Origin: Microbotryum violaceum
Lineage: Eukaryota
NCBI GenBank assembly: GCA_001244265.2
Contig: CDLV01000012.1
Span: 248,001-312,000 of the forward strand
Length of the DNA stretch: 64,000 nt
Direction of reading: 5' to 3'
The notes under the pieces are model-generated. The model saw only the letters and a program-made list of their open reading frames with translations. It ran no database searches and had not been told where the DNA came from. The position numbers were made by a program, and so were the translations under genes. Of this stretch, positions 42,301 through 53,750 are shown one piece after another (the stretch's first letter is position 1; each line of letters starts with the position of its first letter).

Positions 42301-45300
42301 TGTAGAGGCCTGTATCTCTTGCAATATGTGATGTATCACTCTGGGGAATGTAGTATGATGTATGTACAGGTCTATAGTACTTCTGGCGGGTGAGACGAGG
42401 CGGACAATGCAGTAGTTGCTACATCGGCGTTCTTCCGCGCTGTGCCGCTCCGCGCCCGTGTCAGCGGTTAAACCTTACGCCGATCGTCACGAGGCAGCAA
42501 GCGTAGCTTGCAATAAATATCATAGGGTGGAGCAAATGTTTTTTTATTGCTGACTAGAATACTTATGCGGTAATGGCATAATCACTACATGGGTGAGCTG
42601 TAGTGTTCCTTAGGCCTGCAATCGTTAGCACCCTTATTCGAGAAAATTCAAACATTCGGCGAAAGCCCTGGGGCCGCGCCAAAACTCGCAGGCACTCGTC
42701 GTTTGACGGGCTACACCGGCAAACTCACGAATGCCCCTGAAAGCAGCTCCTTTCCTCAGAGCTTCACACGCTCACTGGTCTTTCCCCCCACTCTCTCTTT
42801 CTTCTTACACATAAAGTCCTCACGTAAACACTCCTCCCTAGCTTAGTCGCGCGGAAATACTGTGCATCTCGAGCAAACGACGCCCAGTGAAGGGTTTACC
42901 TTCAAGGTAGATGGCGCCAGTCGCACTCATCATGTCGACAGGAGAAATGAGTCAACTGCTCCAAAACAAAGGGGGCCGACCACCCATCGCGTTGCAGGAA
43001 CAAAGCTCCCCAGAGGGATACGCATCGGAAGTTGACTCGGAAGTGGATGAGGATGAGGACAGTCTGCAGGTCTTGGCAGCTTTGGTCCCGGTTCCCTCAA
43101 AGTCCTCGATATCTAGCCCCTCCGCAGTCTCGGGGCTTTTAATCTCTCCAAAGAGCCGTTCGAGAGACTCCGACGAGGATTCGGCAGACGGGGGTTACTA
43201 CGGAGTCGACGACGACAATTCGGACGAGAAATCAATTGACAACATCTTCTCGGCACTACTCCTGGCTTGGAACGACATGAAGATCCTTGACCGGCACACG
43301 TACGAGCCCTCTCGACAGGACAAAGAGTTATCGAACACGACGCGCGAGGCAATTTTCTCAAACATGAGCCTCACGACTGCAGAGCACAACGAGCTCCGTC
43401 TCAGACCGCTTGTTCTCAATTGTCGCAAGCCGAGGTCCGAATGGGAATTCGTACGCAAACTTCCTGTCCTGGAGCTCCCAAAGTTCATGGCAAAAGAGGT
43501 ATGTTGAAGCTGCATGCTGCGCTGCGTTTTGTTTCGTCCTGTGAACGACCTAACTTTCATTGGTGCGATCTATTAACAGAAGCACGACTGGGCTCCACGC
43601 AAATATGAACGCTGTCTCGCTGTCGTCGAGCGACCTTACGGTGACCCGCCCTCGTCTACTCATCATCAACATCCGTCCGAGGTGGCAGTGGGGATCGAAT
43701 GGCGTCCGGAAGTACCTATCACCCTTCGAGAAGCTTGGAGTCAACCCGGCGAAGGTCGAGCTGTTGCGGAGGTTCTACGGATTACACATCGTTGCTCGGG
43801 GGCCTGTAAAAGAGTTCGGGTCAAGGATGGCAAACTTGGGTACAAGAAACGAGACAATGACAAGGACCCCGGGAAAACATGCTCTACTCAACTCAAGGTG
43901 ATCATCCCGGATAGGAAATCAAAGGAGCTTGGATTGGGTGGCTGATAAGACTCTCTGTTACCTTCTTCGTCCCTTGTGTAGATCCTCGTTCAGGCCGACG
44001 ATCTTTCATCGGCGCTGGTGTACACCCTCGGCAACCATGAAGGACGCCAACCACCGCCGAACGTCCGACGTCCAGCCCCTTTCATTCGTGCGTTGGCGCA
44101 TCAGGAAGTCTTTCGGCAGGCCAACACGCCCACGCTTGCATTTCAAAGTGAGTGTGTGCTCCAAGTTTGCACAAGAAGTTTCCACTTCTCAAGACTGACC
44201 ATCAGTTCCTTTCTCGATGATGAACTCGATCATTTCACAGATATGAACCAGCGGATGTCGGTCTGGGAGAAACAGAACGAGATCATTCTCCCGCAGTACA
44301 GGAAAGTCGGCGCAAAACAGCTACGCAATATGTTCAGGGCAAAAGGTCGACAGAACGCGCAGCATGGATCCGCCTTGTACTCGCTAGCTCGCACGGCTGA
44401 GCTGAGACCGTTCACCCTTCAAAATGCAACGGAGCCCGAGACACGCGGAGTGGCCTAGTGAGTGATCACGATCTAAGCTGCTTGCCGATTTGATGAGCTA
44501 ACAAGCGGCGGAGGTATTTACCCTTGTCAGCTTTCAACCTTTTAATGAGAAAACGGAGCAGCCGTTGATCTGCGTCCTTGCCTCCCTCCACTCCATCGAC
44601 GTGTTGATTTCCTTCGCCACAGTTGGGAACGATTCAGGCGATTGGTCGAGGTTTGTTGGACTTGACTCAAGCTGGCGATACCTGAACGAGAACCGCGCCC
44701 CCTCACCGCCCTCGTCGCGACTGGCTTGAAAGACAAACTTGCGCTAGGTGAGAGCCCGGGAAGCACTTGAAAGGAAGGTCCGGACGAGTACAAAGACTCA
44801 TTTCATCGCTTATGTATTGTCTTCTTCAGGTCCTATGTTTCTCTCCAGTGATGTGAAGGCAGATACTCTCGTCATCTACTTGGACACGGTAAAGAGGCTG
44901 GTCGAGGAGCGCGCCGCGATCCTTGTAAGGAGTGCGTTGTAAGATGGGTTGACCAGGGTGTGCTGCGCGTCACGACAGTTTTGAGAGGAGTCGCTCACGC
45001 CCTTCTGTACCGTCGACGATTTGTATGCGTACTTCAGAAGCTCGTGAGAATGGGCCCAATCTACCCGGCTCGTCCCCCAGGTTGCCAAATCTTCTCCAAA
45101 ATGCCGATTTCATCTTGGAAAATCAGTGGCAACCACCAAATTTCATGATCGACAAAGGTCGGACTGAGCTCAACGCCTTGACACTCTGTAAGCGCCGCTG
45201 CTTGCTAGGGCTACTATATGAGATGTGCAGACTGCTCTCACGATTTTGAATTCCTGATGATCGTCGTCTTCTGCATCTACGTTACTATAGGGAAAGAAAA

Positions 45301-47130
45301 GCACAACCTGAACTTTCACATACGCCTTTGCCAATTCCACGTGGTTCAGGCCATTATTCGGTGGTCGAGTGACAGGAATGACGGCGAAAGGGGCAACACC
45401 GTCAAGCCTTCTCGGATTGCTCGCAAGACGTTGATCAACATTTTGTACGAATTTCGATCCATCATCCAGCGCTTTCGTTTCATACGCACCGAGCATGAAA
45501 CAGATGCCGAGGCGACAGCTCGGCGCTCGGCTGAGTTCGAAGGGAAGAAGCGGGCGTTCTTTGAAAAATCGGACGCATGGATCGACGAAGAGTTCCGAAG
45601 TCGTCGCAAGCCAGCAGCAAACAAATCAGACGTCACCAAGAAGTCGGAACTGGGTTGCAACAGCCGAGAAGAAGAACAATTACAAGCAAAGAAGGATAAC
45701 TTTCGGGCGTATTTCAATGTCAACTGGTTCGTACAAGAGTGGATCGGTGAGTCTTACTTATTCCTTCTTTACGTGTTCTCTCACAGCTTTTTGGCTCACG
45801 CATTTCCACAATTCTGAAGAAACATACACAGATGATGGTTTACCCCTTGGCGTTTCACGGGAAACCATCAACACCAACAACGTGACTGAACGAGCCTTCA
45901 AGACCATCCAGCAAGAGCATCTCCACGGCCGAGCCAACAAGATGTATTGCGTAGCACCGGACTCAAGGAGCGAATCTCGACGGAAGAGCTGACAATTCTG
46001 CTTGCGCTCTGCACCTGCTAGGATCGACAATCTCGTTGTGGTCTTACCCGACAATGCTCTAGTTTATGACATTTGGAAGGACGTATCGAATGCAAAACCG
46101 GATCATGTTCTTCGAGATACTCTGGCAAATTCGATGGACATCTGGGAGCTTGGACAGTTCCGCCCTACCGAAAAGGAGGGCCAGTGGGTGCTTAGTTTAC
46201 GGTGAGGTTTTACGGGTACCAGTGCCTTGGCTACCAAGCCCTTACTGACGCGAGAATGCTTGTCGATGGCAAAGCAACGGCAGCAATTAGATGTTGGATA
46301 CGCGACAAGCTCAATCCTGATCAACTTCGTCCAAAAACTTCCAAACACACCATCTTTGAGAATGGAACCACTCAGTTTGGGAAGACCCGTGGACGCCCAC
46401 GTGAGACGAAATTTTCCAACAGCTTATCCTCGACCAAAGATCACGCGGCTGCCAAGCGAATGGCGGCCATTCCCGAGGTCATAGACATCGAAGAACTGAG
46501 CGACGACGAGAGGCCACCATGCCAGCTCTCGCCGTTACAAGAAGGACGTCTTCCACTCGACATCTACGATACAGTTCAGCCGGAGGAGCGCCGAAGCAAT
46601 GTTTCCGCCGTCAAGGACATTATCAAGCGCATTCCCAACGAGGTTCAGAAGGTTGATTGGGACGTATTCCTCGACATTCACGCCGGCGACCACGCACCAG
46701 GCCTGAACTTGAGCTCCTTGTGCGAAATGGCCAACGCCAATTTGTGGTTGAGGGCTTCGCACGTCGATGCTTTCAGCAGCGCTATCAATCGGTTCCAAGG
46801 CCAATTGCCTTTCAATGGTCGGTCAAAAGAGGTTCGTGACCTTGAACCAACATGCTACGCATTCTATCTCGAAGGAGGAAAGTGCGCCAAGGGAATTGGA
46901 GGCACTCGACCAACCGAGCGGCAGCAGGGGGTGAGTTCGGATGGGAGTTCGCGAGCATATCTTTCTATCATTATTGACAGGAGGCCTGCCTCTTTGTTTG
47001 CGCTGCCCCTTTACCAGATTATCCTTTCTCGAACACCAGTTCTACTCTTCCCAACTCATGTCACCAATCATTGGATACTTGTCGAGGTACGCCTTTCGGA
47101 TTGTACATTTCTGGTGTACGACTCTCTTTT

Positions 47131-47372
47131 TGTAGAAGTCGAACAGCGATGTGCTGAACGAGTTGGCGGCAGTGGCAAGCCAATGAGTTCGTAATCAAGT
47201 GGATTGCAATAAAGGAGTTCTTCACACACCTGAACGAGTTGGCGGCAGTGGCAAGCCAATGAGTTCGTAATCAAGTGGAGAAGAAGAAGGAAAGACGCGA
47301 TTGGACCGCGCGGCTAATACAAATAGAGACGCGCGCTAGGCAGATTTAAGGCAAGAGTAATCTACCTCAACA
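47131..47372 (-). repeat. 3' LTR of the copia element
   Basis: Identical by eye to 51526-51767; adjacent to the polypurine tract at 47373-47384. Confidence 0.95.
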
Positions 47373-50300
47373 CCCCCCTTGCTCTTGGCCTGAAATGCGG
47401 CGCAGACCGATGGCGTCACAATGACGCTGGAAGACTACTCGCGGCAGCGGCTTGGTGAAAATGTCGGCAACCATATCGTGGGTTGGGATGTAGGTGACCG
47501 AGATCTCTCCATTCCGAACATGCTCCCGAACGAAATGCTCCAACATGCGCAAATGTTTGGTGCGAGCGTGGAAGACCGGATTCTGGGTGAGCGCTATAGC
47601 TCCCTGGTTATCCCCGAGAAGACGTAAAGGGGACGACGTATCGAGACCGAGTTCGGTGAGGAGCGAGCGAAGGAAGACAGCCTCCTTGGCTGCATGCGAG
47701 AGGCCCAGGTACTCCGCTTCCGTGGATGAACAAGCTACGCGAGGTTGGAGACGAGATGACCATGAGATGGCCCCACCCGCCAGTTTGAACAAGTAACCCA
47801 TAGTGGACCTCGACGTCTGTATGTCCGATCCCCAGTCCGAGTCAGAGTACCCCTCGTACCCCAGCAGAGGCGCACTGGTGCGCGTGTAGTGTATGCCAAG
47901 ATCGAGTGATCCTTTGATGTAACGAAGGACGCGCTTGGCCGCCTCGAGGTGAGTGTCGCCAGCCTTGCCGACGAAACGTGACAGATATCCGACGGAGTGG
48001 GCTAGATCAGGGCGAGTGGCAACAACAGCGTACATGAGTGAGCCGATCATGGAACGGTAGATGGCATTGTCGGCGGAGTCTGTATCGGGTTCCGGCGAAA
48101 GCTGTAGGTTGGCTTCCATGGGTGACTTGCAGGGGTTGCAGTCGGACATGTTGAAGCGATCCAAGACGTCAAGGAGGTATTGACGCTGGAGAAGGGAGAT
48201 CCCGCCATCGTCGTGTCGTACGACCTGAACCCCGAGTACCCATTCGGCCGGGCCGAGGCGTTTGACTCCGTAGAGGGTGTCGAGTTGGTCAAGGACTCGA
48301 TCGATTTCCCCAAGATCCGGCCCAAAGAAGAGTAGATCGTCGACGTAGAGTGCAATGTAGTGATCACCCCAGCGTCCTCATGACGATAGATGCATTCGTC
48401 GCAGGCGAGGCGACGATAGCCGAGACTCGCGAGCGTGGCGTTGATCGTGTCGTTCCACACTCGACCTGCCTGCTTGAGACCGTAGATCGATCGATGAAGG
48501 CGGAGGCATTTGCCTTCGTAGCCTTCGATGCCAGTTGGAACCCGCATGTAGATCTCCTCCTCCAGCACACCGTGAAGATAGGCCTTGTCAACGTCGGCTT
48601 GAATGATGTGGTGGCCCTTCGAGGCCGAGTGCGCGATGAGCGTGCGGATGGAGGTGTACTTAGCCGTGGGTGAGAAGGTGTTGTTGAAGCTGTTTGGGCC
48701 TTGTGCGCAGCCCTGTGCAACAATGCGGTTCTTCAGTGAAACCATCTTCCCGGCTTTGTCGCGTTTGGTTCGAAAGACGTGACGACTTGGTAAGATCGTA
48801 GCTCCTTTGGGCACGGAGGATAGTCCGACGACGCTGAACACCTTGAGATCGTCTTTCATCGAGCGGAATTCCTCAATGGCTCCCGCTTTCCATGCCGCGG
48901 CGTGAGGATGGCGCATGGCCTCATTCCACGTGGTGGGATCACTGCTCGGGAGCGAGAACGGGTCCTCTGGTTCCGAGAGCGGTCGATTCGCCGTCGAGGT
49001 GTCAATGCCCGCCGCGTCGAGATCAGCAACAAGTTCGGTTACCTCCTTGCCTAGAGAGAATGCGAAGGCAGAAGGGGTCGAGCGCAAAGATGCTAGGGCG
49101 CCGTAACGAGCTGGGGGGTTGCGCGGGCGCGAACCCACGGGTGGCTGCCACGCGGGCCCCGGTGCGTCGAAACGTAAAGCAGCCGGAAGCTCCGCTTGGT
49201 CGGGGGGTGCCTGATTGGCATGCTGGTCAGGGAGTACAACGACTTCGTCATCGTCGTCGTCGCCTGCGACGGGCGCGTGAGCTGCTGTGATGCCCTCCCG
49301 CCTGGCTGGGAACTCGTCCTCGAAGAATGTGACGCTGCGCGATTTGAAAACTTGTCTGGTAGCGGGGTCAAACAGTCGGTATCCCTTGGATTCGAGATCG
49401 TAGCCGACGAATACGAGTGGAATGCCCCGCGGATCGAGTTTGCTGCGCGCTTCGGTGGTAGCTGCCTTCCACGCTCTGCAGCCGAATACGCGGAGATGGC
49501 CGGCTGACGGCTTCGATCCGTGCCAACGCGTGTGTGGTGTGACGCCTGAATTTGCCGAGTGTGGTGAGCGATTTTTGACGTAGACATATGTCGCCAATGC
49601 CTCGGCCCACAAAGCGTGAGATAGACCCGACTGGTGGAGCATTGATCGGACACCCTCGGTGATCGAGCGATTTGCGCGTTCGGCAACCCCGTTTTGCTGA
49701 GGGGCATCGGGAATCGAAAGCTGACGAGTGATGCCTTGTTCTTCCAGGAAGCTCGAGAACTCGTTCGACAAGAATTCACCACCGTTGTCGGAGCGGACTG
49801 CCAGGAGTTTTCTCGACGAGGAGCGCTCGACCTTTGCAAGCCACGACTTGAAGGCCGCAAAGGTATCGGACTTGTGCGACATCGGAATTGCCCAGAGATA
49901 TCGGGTGTAATCATCGACAATGACGAGGGCGTATTTTGCGCCGCCTAACGACACGGCGCCGTCGAACGCAAGAAGGTCCATGTGGACTCGATCAAGAGGC
50001 TGGGCTGAACGATTCGACGCGACGGTGGGGAAAGGGTGATGTGTGATCTTCCCAGCCTGGCATGTATCACATTTCAAGTCTGCGTTCAATGCTACCTCCA
50101 TGTTGACTCCCAGCACAGCCTCAGTTGAAATCAGCTGTCGTAGAGCGCGTGGGTGAAGGTGAGCGAAACGTCCGTGCATGATGGAGACGGGGACGGCCGC
50201 GAACGCACGTGGGGACGCACCCGGTTGTTCGATGAGAGTAGTGACGTCGACTAGGGAAGCATGCATGTGGTACAAGCCGTTCGTGATCTCCCCGGTGTGG

Positions 50301-51475
50301 CAAATCGACCCGTCGACTGAGACCGTTGCTTTGCCTCGGGAAAGGTTGATGTCGTAGCCCGCGGCGTTGGCGCGACTGGCGGAGAAGAGGCTGACCGGCG
50401 CGCTGGGGACAAACAACGCGTGGTGGAGTTGACCGATGCTGCCGTCGAAGGAGCGAACGACAGCGGAACCGACGCCTTCGATCGAATTGACCGCCTCGCC
50501 CGTGATGCCCTCGAGCGGAGCAGGCTTGCACTTGCGGAAGTTGGTGAAACAAGCGCGATCGTTGACGATGTGATGCGTCGCGCCGCTGTCGAGGATGAGG
50601 GAAGGTTTGGCCAATGTGGACATCGCTGCGGTGAGGTATCCGCGGACCGGGCCGTCTACCAACGTCGAGATGTCGGGAGCAGCGGCGAGTGATGCGGACG
50701 GCGCGGAGGAGGCCTTGGACTTCTTGTCCTTGACGGGGCATTTTCGATTCCAGTGAGGACCTCCACAGTGTCGGCACGGAGCTGACGGAGTCGATGAAGA
50801 TCTGTCCGTCGCGGTCAAGCTAGCTACCATCGCCACGGGCTTGTGTGCCGGCGTGGATTCAGCTTGAGTCTGAAGCGTTTGAAGCGCTTCAATCGGATCA
50901 GGGAGCTTGTCGAGGTCTTGACGGAGCGCTTGAGTATAGTACTCCTTGTAGAGGTCCTTGCCAAAGTGGATCAAGCGTATCGAGATGACCTGGTCAAAGG
51001 TAAGGTTGTATCCCGAAAGAGTGTTAAACAGCTCAATGGTGTTGGCTTGGTACTTCTCGAACGCGTCGACACCGGAGGGAGGCGGACCCGCATCGAGCAG
51101 GGCTTGGAGCTTGATGAAGATGTCGGTGACTGTGCCTGCTGCGACCGCTTTCTTGATCATCTTCAAGACGTCGGTGGGAGTGTGATCGAATCCATCTTTG
51201 ATCTGCTTCTTGATGTTGAGGGAGACCGAGCGCCTCAAGAGCGCGATCGCTTGGAAGTTGGCGTGCTCCAGGTCGGTGCGCGCGTTGGGTTTCTGAATGG
51301 GCGTCGCAAGCGTGCAGTTCCAATAGTCGCCCCCGAGAGCTCCACGGACGTCGTTGATCCATTGCGACCAGCCTCCCGCGTTGCGCAGGTGGCATGACGG
51401 GTCGATATCGCGGGGTTTGACATAGACGATAGAGGTTGTTCCCCCTGATACCACAGTGTCCGTATCACCGGGCAT
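47367..51475 (-). CDS. Copia gag-pol polyprotein with one frameshift at ~48367-48370
   Basis: CRHCGGPHWNRKC knuckle, LDSGAT protease, H-H-C-C plus VHMD/RSDNGGEF/QNGVAER integrase, RSIYGLKQAGRVW and YVDD RT (in the shifted frame), GYSDSDW...SSTEAEY...ADIFTK RNase H. Confidence 0.95.
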
Positions 51476-51513
51476 GATGACTTGATGACTCGAGTTGGCT
51501 GGGCCGCTACGTT

Positions 51514-51525
51514 GGGCTCGTAACC
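51514..51525 (-). other. Primer-binding site, half-tRNA-iMet type
   Basis: GGTTACGAGCCC directly follows the 5' LTR and resembles the GGTTATGAGCCC-type PBS of Ty5/Drosophila copia. Confidence 0.75.
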
Positions 51526-51767
51526 TGTAGAAGTCGAACAGCGATGTGCTGAACGAGTTGGCGGCAGTGGCAAGCCAATGAGTTCGTAATCAAGTGGATT
51601 GCAATAAAGGAGTTCTTCACACACCTGAACGAGTTGGCGGCAGTGGCAAGCCAATGAGTTCGTAATCAAGTGGAGAAGAAGAAGGAAAGACGCGATTGGA
51701 CCGCGCGGCTAATACAAATAGAGACGCGCGCTAGGCAGATTTAAGGCAAGAGTAATCTACCTCAACA
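51526..51767 (-). repeat. 5' LTR of the copia element
   Basis: Direct repeat of 47131-47372; followed on the minus strand by the PBS and gag ATG. Confidence 0.95.
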
Positions 51768-53596
51768 CTTTTTGGCAGGGAGAACATGCGCAAGGAGGCA
51801 AACGAAAGTCTCGATGTGAGTTCATCCCCATGACCATCACAAAGCACTTTCAAAGGCGCTCAAACTCTGCGCAGCTGCTGACGTCATTCGCCCTTTCTGC
51901 CTGCCAGTCAATCATCACTTTCTTGGAAACTCGTGCAGAGGGACCGATAGAGTGCATCACTGGAGGCATCGATCGACCGACGGTCCCGTACAGAAATTGG
52001 AAGCGATTGATTGTCAAAGCGGCGAAGGCCGGCGATCAGCCTCAACCGGATAGATATCCTCAACAGACTGATGGCAACACGTGTGGGGCGTTCGTGTGCC
52101 GAGCGATGGAAACCCTGGTATGCGCAGCAGTCGCCAAAATGGAACCCGATTGGAGCTGGGGCCCACAGGTTGAGCCGGGAAGATTTTATTCGGAGCTTCG
52201 AGACTATATGTTGGATGTCACCCTGCACTCTCGTCTACGATGCGACATGAGCTCGTCTTGGTTTTCGGGCTCGCCAGAGTCTCCAACCGTCTCGTGTGCT
52301 ACTCGTGATCCAGACAACACAATGGATAGCAGGAAGCCTCATGGCAATATACAGCCTGGAGATCACGTCGGTGAGTTCGAATAGGATATTGAAGCTCCTG
52401 CATGCTCTATTGTCCTAAGGAGCTCTGCTCTTCTCCTCCTCCTCATGTCCCTTGTTGTTTCGGAATGACTCACCCCTGATCTCATCACCCGGCCATTGTT
52501 TCGTGCGCAGGCTACAGCAGTGACGACGCGGAAGAAGTCTCACAACATCACAGTAAGTTCCAGGACAGAAAAAGCAACTTCTTGGCTTTGCTCGTGCCCT
52601 TGATTCCAGATTGTCACTCAATGATCCTTCCTCTCTTCGTGTCTGCGGCGCTCTAGTTTCCACCCCTGTGTCTACGAGATCCGTAACTTTCGAGGAGTCG
52701 AGACTTGCAAGGAATGTTTCGTCCTCTCCTGACACAGTCATTATCCAGCACCCACAACCTGGCGGTTTGTCACACGTGGGATCTGTACAAGGAAACAACA
52801 CGTCGACAGCACGAGCTCGTCTTGCATCGGACCAATCCGATTCGCCCCTAAACCGACCAACGCTCGCCTTTCCTTCATTTTCGCCAGTATTCGCCACGCG
52901 CGATATCGAACACCTACCAAAGAAATGCAAGTACTCTGCGGTTCCTCAAGAGAGTAGCCCTTCCGCTGTTGTTACTCCCAGCAAACGGCGTCATTCGGCA
53001 GCGGAAAGCGTGACCCCGAGCTCCAGTCGGCGGAAAGCTTGCTCGCAATGTCGAGACCGAAAGTTGAAGTGTGATCTAGGTCATCCATGCTCGAAGTAGG
53101 TACAGTCTAGTATTTCATCATATCAAGAAAGAGCTGACAACTGGTTTGTTCACTTTGAGCAGCTGCACTAAGAAAAGGAGAGGTAAAGCGAGCCAAGTTT
53201 TAACATGTGAATACGTTTAAATATCGTTCAACTGCAATGATCATACAAGCAAAAGTCCGCCGATGTCGAAGCGTGACTTAGTAGAATCTGTATCTTCGTT
53301 CGATCTCTATGAACTGTTCTTCTTGGATGAGAGAAGCGAGGGACCGGTGCCAATTCTGATCTAATCCGAGTCGGCGCAATCACGTTCGGGAGCGTCGGCC
53401 TTGGCGGCTCGGGCGCCGGACCGCTGACACCACGGGCGCGGAGAGGCCAAGCGGGGCAGAACATCGATGTAGTAGCTACTGCTTCGTCCGCCTCGTCTCA
53501 CCGGCCAGAAGCCAGAAGTATTATAGACCTATACATGCATCAAACTACTGTTCCCAGAGTGATACATCACACATTGCAAGAGATACAGGCGTCTAT

Positions 53597-53750
53597 ACTA
53601 TGTGGTACCAAAGTCCCCATGAACGTGGTACAAGAATGACCTCGGATGTGATCCGCAAGTCCGCACCGATGTGATCCCAAAGTCCGCTCCGATGTGATCC
53701 CAAAGTCGCCTCCGATGTGGGACCAGAGTTGCCATTTTCGGAACCAAAGT
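53597..53750 (-). repeat. 23-bp tandem array in the right TIR (~6 units plus one degenerate)
   Basis: Reverse complement of the left array, with unit variants in the same order. Confidence 0.9.

Larger units (their letters stand above)
47131..51767 (-). mobile_element. Full-length Ty1/copia LTR retrotransposon
   Basis: Two 242-bp LTRs with TG...CA ends, 5-bp TSD CTTTT (47126-47130 and 51768-51772), PBS GGTTACGAGCCC, PPT GAGCAAGGGGGG, gag-PR-IN-RT-RH order. Confidence 0.97.
42911..53220 (+). pseudogene. MULE transposase-Ulp1 protease-Zn2Cys6 fusion gene, interrupted by copia and by a 1-bp frameshift
   Basis: Spliced motifs HRCSGAC...CSTQLK...GNHE, GLDSSWRYLNENRAP (D1), FMIDKGRTELNAL (D2), LCQFHVVQAI (CxxH), NTNNVTERAFK (E), RGRPR, HWILVEV...YDSL...QQTDGNTCGAFV (C48 protease), CSQCRDRKLKCDLGHPCSNC...CEY. 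Confidence 0.82.
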
